Shown here: one piece after another, positions 57,771 to 64,000 of the stretch | Position numbering within the stretch: the first letter of the stretch is position 1 | Layout of the letters: each line of letters begins with the position of its first letter | Assembly (NCBI GenBank): GCA_902598485.1 | Contig: CACKBU010000006.1 | Location: 6,975 to 70,974, forward strand | Origin: an uncultured Pelagibacteraceae bacterium | GTDB taxonomy: Bacteria > Pseudomonadota > Alphaproteobacteria > Pelagibacterales > Pelagibacteraceae | DNA length: 64,000 bases | Reading direction: 5' to 3' | Notes under the pieces: generated by a model | What the model saw: the letters and a program-made list of their open reading frames with translations, nothing else | Database searches by the model: none | What the model was told of the DNA's origin: nothing | Program-made: the position numbers and the translations under genes

Positions 57771-60215
57771 CTAAATTTTTCTAAAATCTTTTGTATTTAG
57801 GGGTTTAGAAAGAATTTCAATTGGATATTTAATTTTTTCAACTTCTATAAACAAATTTTTATCTTTAAGCGTATCTATTGTGTTTCCTGAATTAACATAG
57901 CCAAATGATAAATTTTTATCAAAGTAGAATGAATAATTTCCTGAGGTTGTTCTTCCAATGATTTTATCATCTAAATAAATAGGCTCTTCATGTAACAACA
58001 AAGGTTGACCTGGTTTGCTATCTTTTAATGTAAACATCATCATTGTTTTATCTAATGGCTTATCTTTAATTTTTAATAAAGCGTCTTTACCTATAAAATT
58101 AATATTTTTTTTATAACTAATAGTAAAACTTAAACCAGCTTGATACTGATTTTCTTCTGGTGAAATGTCATGACCCCAATGTAAAAAACCACTTTCCATT
58201 CTCATTATATCCATTGCGTGCATGCCACAATGAGATAATTTAAAATTTTTACCTTCATTTATTAAAATTTTATATAATTTTAATGCATTTTCTTTATTTA
58301 CATATAATTCAAATCCAAGTTCACCAACATAAGATATTCTTTGTGCCCAAACTTTAATTTTATGTATATTGATATATTTACCTAATCCGAATTTAAAATT
58401 TTCTGGAGTAAAGTCATCACTGCTTATCGTTTTAATCATATTTCTGCTTTTAGGACCAAATAAACCAAGACAACAAATTTCTTCTGTAACATCAGTAAAT
58501 TTTACATCTTTAGATAAATATTTAAGGATATGATATTTATCTCTTTCTCTAGTTGCTGCTGAACTAACTATTCTAAAATGATTTTTATCAATACAGACAA
58601 CAGTTAGATCTGTTTCAATACCACCATCCTCATTTAGCATGTGTGTATAGACAGATTTGCCAATTTCATTTTTAATGTTAGCTGTACAAATTTTTTGTAA
58701 ATCACTATGAGTTTTCTCACCCTTTAATTCAAATTTTGAAAAAGTTGAATAATCAAAAAGTCCAACATTTTTTCTAGCATTTATTGTTTCATGTTTTGCA
58801 GATGGGTACCAATTTTGATAATTAAAACTATAACTATATTTTGGTTCGTCTCCGTTTAAAGAATACCACATAGGCCTTTCAAAACCTCCAACAACTCCAA
58901 AGCATGCACCTACTTTTTTTAACTCATCATGATAAGGTAATAATTTTTCATTTCTTGAAGTTTCGTGTTGTTTATACGGCCAATGCATACCATATAAATC
59001 CCCTAAGGTTTCTGTAACCCTATTCATGATAAATTTTTTAGATGAATGAAACTTTTGAAACCTTTTAATATCTAATGAAAATAGATCCTCATTTATATGA
59101 CCATTAATCATCCATTCTGCAGTTACTCTTCCTGCTCCTCCAGAACTTGCAATTCCAATACTATTAAAACCACAACATGTATAAAGATTTTTAACTTCTG
59201 AGGTTTCTCCAAGTAAATATTGTGTATCTGGTGTAAATGATTCAGGTCCAGAAAAAAATTTTCTTATACCAGCGTTTTCTAACATTGGAAGTCTGTGAAA
59301 AGATTTTTCAAGGTAAGGTTCAAAGTGATCAAAATCATCAGGAAATTCTCCAAACGAAAAATTGTCAGGAACTCTTCCGCTATCTTTAAAAGCAGGTTTT
59401 GCATTAGGTTCAAAAATGCCTACCAACATTTTTCCGGCGTCCTCTTTTAAATATAGACAAGCATTGTAATCCCTTAAAACAGGTAGATCTTTAGGGAGAT
59501 CTTTCATTGGTTCGGTAATTACATAGAAGTGCTCATTAGGATATAGCGGAACACTAACACCAATATCTTCTCCTATTTGTCTAGACCACATTCCTGTAGC
59601 TAAAACTGCATATTCGCAATCAATTTTTCCTTGAGAAGTTTCAACAGCACATATTCTTTTATTTTTTACTAAAATTTTTTTTACAGGTGATTTCTCAAAT
59701 ATTTGAACACCCAACATTTTAGCAGCTTTAGCCAACACATTTGTAACTCCAACTGGATCTGCCTGACCATCTTTTGGCATATAAACACCACCAACTAAAT
59801 CCTCGTTTTTTACGACTGGATACAATTCTTTTATTCTTTCTTTGTTTAAAACCTCTACTTTAACATTTGATAGTTGTGCGGTTGTGGCCTGCCTTAACAA
59901 TTCCTGCATCCTTTCTTTTGAAGAAGCAACTGTTATTGCACCATTTTGTTTAAGACCAGTTGATAAACCTGTTGTTTTTTCTAGCTCTTTATAGAGATCT
60001 AAAGAATATTTTCTTAATTTTGTGATTGTAGAAGTTGCTCCTAATTGACCTATTAATCCTGCAGCATGCCATGTCGTTCCAGAAGTAAGTTGATCTCTTT
60101 CTAATAAAACAACATCTTTCCAACCAAATTTTGCTAAATGATAAGCACAAGATGTACCGGCTACTCCACCCCCTATTACAACTACCTTTGCGCTTGAAGG
60201 ATAGTTTTTTTCCAT
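57771..60215 (-). CDS. GcvT-family FAD-dependent oxidoreductase (dimethylglycine/sarcosine dehydrogenase-like)
   Basis: IGGG..G, LTSGTTWHAAG, GPESFTPD, G.ERP.W, SYVGELG.E, RMESG...WG.D. Confidence 0.9.
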   Translation of the reverse strand: MEKNYPSSAKVVVIGGGVAGTSCAYHLAKFGWKDVVLLERDQLTSGTTWHAAGLIGQLGATSTITKLRKYSLDLYKELEKTTGLSTGLKQNGAITVASSKERMQELLRQATTAQLSNVKVEVLNKERIKELYPVVKNEDLVGGVYMPKDGQADPVGVTNVLAKAAKMLGVQIFEKSPVKKILVKNKRICAVETSQGKIDCEYAVLATGMWSRQIGEDIGVSVPLYPNEHFYVITEPMKDLPKDLPVLRDYNACLYLKEDAGKMLVGIFEPNAKPAFKDSGRVPDNFSFGEFPDDFDHFEPYLEKSFHRLPMLENAGIRKFFSGPESFTPDTQYLLGETSEVKNLYTCCGFNSIGIASSGGAGRVTAEWMINGHINEDLFSLDIKRFQKFHSSKKFIMNRVTETLGDLYGMHWPYKQHETSRNEKLLPYHDELKKVGACFGVVGGFERPMWYSLNGDEPKYSYSFNYQNWYPSAKHETINARKNVGLFDYSTFSKFELKGEKTHSDLQKICTANIKNEIGKSVYTHMLNEDGGIETDLTVVCIDKNHFRIVSSAATRERDKYHILKYLSKDVKFTDVTEEICCLGLFGPKSRNMIKTISSDDFTPENFKFGLGKYINIHKIKVWAQRISYVGELGFELYVNKENALKLYKILINEGKNFKLSHCGMHAMDIMRMESGFLHWGHDISPEENQYQAGLSFTISYKKNINFIGKDALLKIKDKPLDKTMMMFTLKDSKPGQPLLLHEEPIYLDDKIIGRTTSGNYSFYFDKNLSFGYVNSGNTIDTLKDKNLFIEVEKIKYPIEILSKPLNTKDFRKI

Positions 60216-60217
60216 TT

Positions 60218-61336
60218 CTAATGTTTGATAGCTTCTCCAGGTTCTACAAAATTATGTCCAAAGACATCCGCAACTGCTTTGTAAGTTACTTGACCTTTAT
60301 GAACATTTAGCCCTGCTAAAAAGTTTTTATCTTCACTTAATGCTTTTTGATAACCTTTATTAGCAAGCTTAACTAAAAAAGGTAAGGTCGCATTATTTAA
60401 TGCCAATGTTGATGTTCTAGGCACACCACCCGGCATATTTGCTACACAGTAATGAACTACATCATCAACTATATAGGTTGGATCACCATGTGTTGTGGGT
60501 TTGCTAGTTTCTACACATCCACCTTGATCTATAGCAACGTCGACTATTACAGATCCTCTTTTCATTGTTTTAATCATTTCTTTAGTAATTAATTTTGGTG
60601 CTTCTGCACCTGGAATTAATACTCCGCCAACTAATAAATCTGCCTCAGCAACTAATTTATCTAAATCTGTTTTATCACTTTGTTCAGGAATAATTTTATC
60701 TCCAAACATTTCAACAAGTTGTTTTAATCGAGCTTCAGATTTATCTACAATATGAACTTTTGCTTGCATACCAGTTGCGATCACAGCAGCATTTTCTCCA
60801 ACAACTCCTCCACCTAATATAACTACTGTTCCACCTGTTACACCTGGTGCACCCCCTAATAGCAGCCCTCTTCCACTTTGGTTTTTTTCTAAACAATGAG
60901 CTCCAGCTTGTACAGACATTCTTCCTGCAACAGCACTCATTGGAGCAAGTAATGGTAATCTTCCATTATCATCAGTAACTGTTTCGTAAGCAATATTAAT
61001 ACTTTTAGATTGAATTAATCCTTTAGTTAATTCTTTTGCAGCTGCTAAATGTAGATAGGTATATACAATCTGATTTTCTCTAATCATATCAACTTCTACT
61101 TTTTGAGGTTCTTTAACTTTAACAATTATTTCTGCATCATTAAAAATATCAGCTGCAGTATCAGCAATTTTAGCTCCTGCTTTTAAATATTGATCATTCT
61201 CAAATCCAGCTTCAAATCCACCATTATTTTCAACCAACACTTCATGACCTTCTGAAACTAAAGTTTTAACACTATCAGGTGTTAAACCAATTCTATTTTC
61301 TTGTGGTTTTATTTCTTTGGGAACTCCAATTTTCAT
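60218..61336 (-). CDS. ald: Alanine dehydrogenase
   Basis: GVPKEIK..E.R, KVKEP, YLHLA, PLLAPMS.VAGR, DVAIDQGGC.ETS.PTTH, VANMPG.VPRTST. Confidence 0.97.
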   Translation of the reverse strand: MKIGVPKEIKPQENRIGLTPDSVKTLVSEGHEVLVENNGGFEAGFENDQYLKAGAKIADTAADIFNDAEIIVKVKEPQKVEVDMIRENQIVYTYLHLAAAKELTKGLIQSKSINIAYETVTDDNGRLPLLAPMSAVAGRMSVQAGAHCLEKNQSGRGLLLGGAPGVTGGTVVILGGGVVGENAAVIATGMQAKVHIVDKSEARLKQLVEMFGDKIIPEQSDKTDLDKLVAEADLLVGGVLIPGAEAPKLITKEMIKTMKRGSVIVDVAIDQGGCVETSKPTTHGDPTYIVDDVVHYCVANMPGGVPRTSTLALNNATLPFLVKLANKGYQKALSEDKNFLAGLNVHKGQVTYKAVADVFGHNFVEPGEAIKH

Positions 61337-61345
61337 AAACGAAAA

Positions 61346-62692
61346 TTAATTCTTTTTGCTTTTTGCGTAATTTGTTATTCCAGTTCGAAGTTTTTCAATT
61401 ATTTCATCAATATGTTTCTTTTCACAAATAAACATTGGAGCAATAATTAAACAATCGCCAGTAGCTTTGAAATTTACTCCAGCTTCATAACAATGTTTGA
61501 AACAAGTAAGTCCAGCAGCACCTGGTTTTTTATCCATAACAATATCAATACCACCCATCATTCCGTATCCTCTAATGTTATCAACAACATCAATATCTTT
61601 TAGGGACATTAAACCTTCTTGGAAATAAGGTGCTAAATTTTTAGCTCTATTGAAAATATCATCTTTTTCAATGATATCTTGTACAGCTAATCCAGCAGCA
61701 ACAGAAATTGGGATTCCTGAATAAGTATACCCATGAAATAATTCTATAGTTCCTTTAGGAGCATTTTCTGCAATAGCATCGTAAATATCTTCTTTGCATG
61801 CAACAACACCCATTGGACTAATTCCGTTTGTAGTAGCTTTTGCCATTGTCATCATGTCTGGAGTAACTCCATACTCTTGTGATGCAAATGGAGATCCTGT
61901 TCTACCCCATCCTGTAATTACTTCATCAAAAATTAAAAGTATTCCATGTTTATCACAAATCTCTCTTAATCTTTGCAAATATCCTTTTGGAGGAACTAAT
62001 GTACCTGTTGATCCTGCTATAGGTTCAACAATACAAGCTGCAATATTTTCAGCTCCAAAATTAATACAAATTCTTTCTAAATCTTCCGCTAACTCAACAC
62101 CTGTTTCTGGTTGACCACTTACAAACTTATGTTCTGGCAAATGTGTATGTCTCATATGAACAACACCTGGCATTAAAACACTTGCAAAAGTTTTTACGTT
62201 ATTAACCATACCTCCAACAGAAGTCGCACCAATATTCATTCCGTGGTAACCTCTTTCTCTACCAACAAATCTAAATCTTTGGCTATCACCTCTTGCTCTG
62301 TGATAAGCGATTGCAATCTTAATTGCTGTCTCAACAGCTGTTGAACCACAAATGGTATAAAACATTCTATTCAAGTTTCCAGGAGTATGTTTTGAAATTC
62401 TTGTGGCTAACTCAAATGATCCACCAAATCCTTGTTGGAAAGGTTGGCAATAATCTAAAGTTTTCAATTGATTTGTTATTGACTCAATAATTTCTTCTCT
62501 TCCATGCCCTAAAGGATTACAAAATAATCCTGAGCTTGCATCAATTTGGGTTTGACCTTGATGGTTTTTTAAATACACACCTTTAGCTTCAACAATTAAT
62601 CTTGGGTTTTCTTTAAAGTCTTTGTTAGATGTGAATGGCATCCAGTGCTCATTTAAAGAATTTGGAATTGCTGTTTTGTTTTGTGTGCTCAT
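61346..62692 (-). CDS. Class III PLP aminotransferase, omega-amino acid (beta-alanine-type):pyruvate transaminase
   Basis: WMPFT.N..FK..PR, SGS-like CGS.AVETA.K, YHG, EPIAGSTG.L.PP.GYL, FDEVITG.GR, MAK, HGYTYSG. Confidence 0.88.
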   Translation of the reverse strand: MSTQNKTAIPNSLNEHWMPFTSNKDFKENPRLIVEAKGVYLKNHQGQTQIDASSGLFCNPLGHGREEIIESITNQLKTLDYCQPFQQGFGGSFELATRISKHTPGNLNRMFYTICGSTAVETAIKIAIAYHRARGDSQRFRFVGRERGYHGMNIGATSVGGMVNNVKTFASVLMPGVVHMRHTHLPEHKFVSGQPETGVELAEDLERICINFGAENIAACIVEPIAGSTGTLVPPKGYLQRLREICDKHGILLIFDEVITGWGRTGSPFASQEYGVTPDMMTMAKATTNGISPMGVVACKEDIYDAIAENAPKGTIELFHGYTYSGIPISVAAGLAVQDIIEKDDIFNRAKNLAPYFQEGLMSLKDIDVVDNIRGYGMMGGIDIVMDKKPGAAGLTCFKHCYEAGVNFKATGDCLIIAPMFICEKKHIDEIIEKLRTGITNYAKSKKN

Positions 62693-62873
62693 AAAAATTT
62701 CTTTTTAAAAATATTTTAATTTTATCTTAAGGCCTCTTTAGACTAAAATAAATGGATTAACTACCACATTATTGACACAACCAATGATTGTATAAACTTT
62801 CTTTTTTGTTTTACTTCGGTGACAATTTGAATTTAAATATCCAGAATTTAATTAATTAAACATAGGGGAATAA

Positions 62874-63815
62874 ATGAAAAAAATACTAAGTTTTATTCTA
62901 GGATCTATTTTTGCACTTAACCTATCAATTTCGGTTGCTAATTCAGCTGCAAATGAAGTTAGAGTTGCATATTTTCTAGAATGGCCAAGCCCAAATTTAG
63001 AGGACATGCAGAAAAAGAATTTTGCTAAAGCTCTTGGTGTTCCAGTAAAATGGACAAATTTCACTAATGGTGGAGCAATGACTGATGCGATGTTAGCAGG
63101 AGATATCGATATTTCTTACTCACAAGGATTAGTACCTTTTATCAATGCTGTAAAATCTAATGCACCTATCAAATTAGTTGATATTGCTATGGAATACGGA
63201 ATGGGAGGAACTACATGTGTTACATCTAATGCTTCTGGAATTACAAAAGCAAACGCTACAGAATTAGAAGGTAAAAAAGTTGCAGTTCCATTAGGAACTA
63301 TGGCTGAATACGTTTTTGATGAAAGTATGAAAGTTGTTGGTGCTGACAGAGGTAAAATGGACATTATTCAAATGGACCCTGAAGAAGGTGCTGCTGCATT
63401 AGTAAGTGGTGATGTTGTAATGGCATGTTTATTTGGTGGTAACTCTATCAAAGCTGCAACTGCAGTTGGTTCAAGACTTTTAACAGTTCAAGAAGCTAGA
63501 GATGCTGGTATTTTAGGTATCGATATTACTTCTGTAACTGACAAGTTTATGAAAGAGAATCCAGGAATGTTAAGAACGTTTATTGAAGTAACTCATGAAG
63601 CAAATGCTAGATATGCTGCAGGAAAAAGTGATATGAATGCAATGTCTAAAGCATCTGAAATGAAAGTTGCAGATATGAAAGATACTTTAAGTGGATTTAA
63701 ATTCTTAACTCCAGAAGAAACTAAAACATCTATGGAAAGTGGAAATCTACATAAGTTCTTAGAAGGAATGGGAACTCCAGGTGGAAACGTAGATACTAGT
63801 TTCTTACCTTTATAA
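62874..63815 (+). CDS. tauA: Taurine/sulfonate-type (TauA-like) ABC substrate-binding protein
   Basis: Signal peptide, VAYFLEWP.P, V.W..F..G..M..A...GDIDI, L.GKKVAVP.GT. Confidence 0.7.
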   Translation: MKKILSFILGSIFALNLSISVANSAANEVRVAYFLEWPSPNLEDMQKKNFAKALGVPVKWTNFTNGGAMTDAMLAGDIDISYSQGLVPFINAVKSNAPIKLVDIAMEYGMGGTTCVTSNASGITKANATELEGKKVAVPLGTMAEYVFDESMKVVGADRGKMDIIQMDPEEGAAALVSGDVVMACLFGGNSIKAATAVGSRLLTVQEARDAGILGIDITSVTDKFMKENPGMLRTFIEVTHEANARYAAGKSDMNAMSKASEMKVADMKDTLSGFKFLTPEETKTSMESGNLHKFLEGMGTPGGNVDTSFLPL

Positions 63816-63837
63816 TTTTAAGGGTTTAAAACTTTTT

Positions 63838-63877
63838 AAATAGGCACTGATTTTATAATTGGTGCCTATTTTTTTTA
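63838..63877 (+). terminator. Intrinsic terminator/attenuating hairpin after the binding-protein gene
   Basis: AAATAGGCAC...GTGCCTATTT followed by a T run. Confidence 0.75.
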
Positions 63878-63901
63878 TCAAATTTCTAATATAAGGCAGT
63901 A

Positions 63902-64000
63902 ATGAGTGATCTGATTTCTCAAAATCTGAACATGATTTTTAAAACTCCTAAAGGAGAAACAGTCCATGCTTTAAAGGATGTAAGTTTTACTTTGAAAAAA
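63902..64000 (+). CDS. ABC ATP-binding protein, N-terminal part (TauB-like; truncated by window end)
   Basis: MSDLISQNLNMIFKTPKGETVHALKDVSFTLKK matches an ABC ATPase start; follows the binding protein. Confidence 0.75.
   Translation, partial: MSDLISQNLNMIFKTPKGETVHALKDVSFTLKK

Noticed and set aside
3502-63364. Short antisense or overlapping ORFs in the track (e.g. 3502-3735, 11662-11919, 19823-20053, 22248-22682, 43125-43430, 61794-62114, 63116-63364)
   Set aside because: They lie inside well-supported genes, have shadow-ORF composition (S/I/F/L-rich) and show no motifs
1-64000. CRISPR arrays, prophage, IS elements, defence systems
   Set aside because: No spaced repeats or transposase, integrase, phage or nuclease-like ORFs were recognised

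Overview
Very AT-rich, gene-dense bacterial chromosome segment with minimal intergenic spacers. The gene content and streamlining point to Pelagibacterales/SAR11 (alphaproteobacterium); this assignment is inference. Mostly core metabolism: purL end, bolA-grxD, rpsD, trmJ, cimA, cysS, nadE, class II DAHP synthase, glmS, a half-length glmU, prpDBC, nrdAB, algC, dusA, rpoZ, tctCBA, an amino-acid ABC system, a speD-speE fusion with mtnP-mtnA-aldolase-apt salvage genes, guaC, a purine PRTase, tRNA-Met, and a GcvT-family oxidase/ald/omega-transaminase operon facing a taurine-type ABC transporter. Two surface-glycan islands stand out. (i) 46993-55668 encodes what looks like a complete vancosamine/epivancosamine-type pathway (3-amino-3-C-methyl-2,3,6-trideoxyhexose): RmlA/B, 2,3-dehydratase, EvaB/DnrJ-type aminotransferase, TcaB9/EvaC-type C-methyltransferase, epimerase, reductase and two GT2s. 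This chemistry is best known from actinomycete antibiotics. (ii) 20660-23910 encodes a three-domain reductase-cupin-C-methyltransferase fusion plus a GT2. Non-coding signals read from the sequence include tandem NrdR boxes plus an alpha-type LexA box upstream of nrdA, a candidate ~90-nt sRNA at 25300-25390 and a DnaA box before guaC. There is also a small lipoprotein gene missing from the ORF track. No CRISPR, prophage or IS element was seen.
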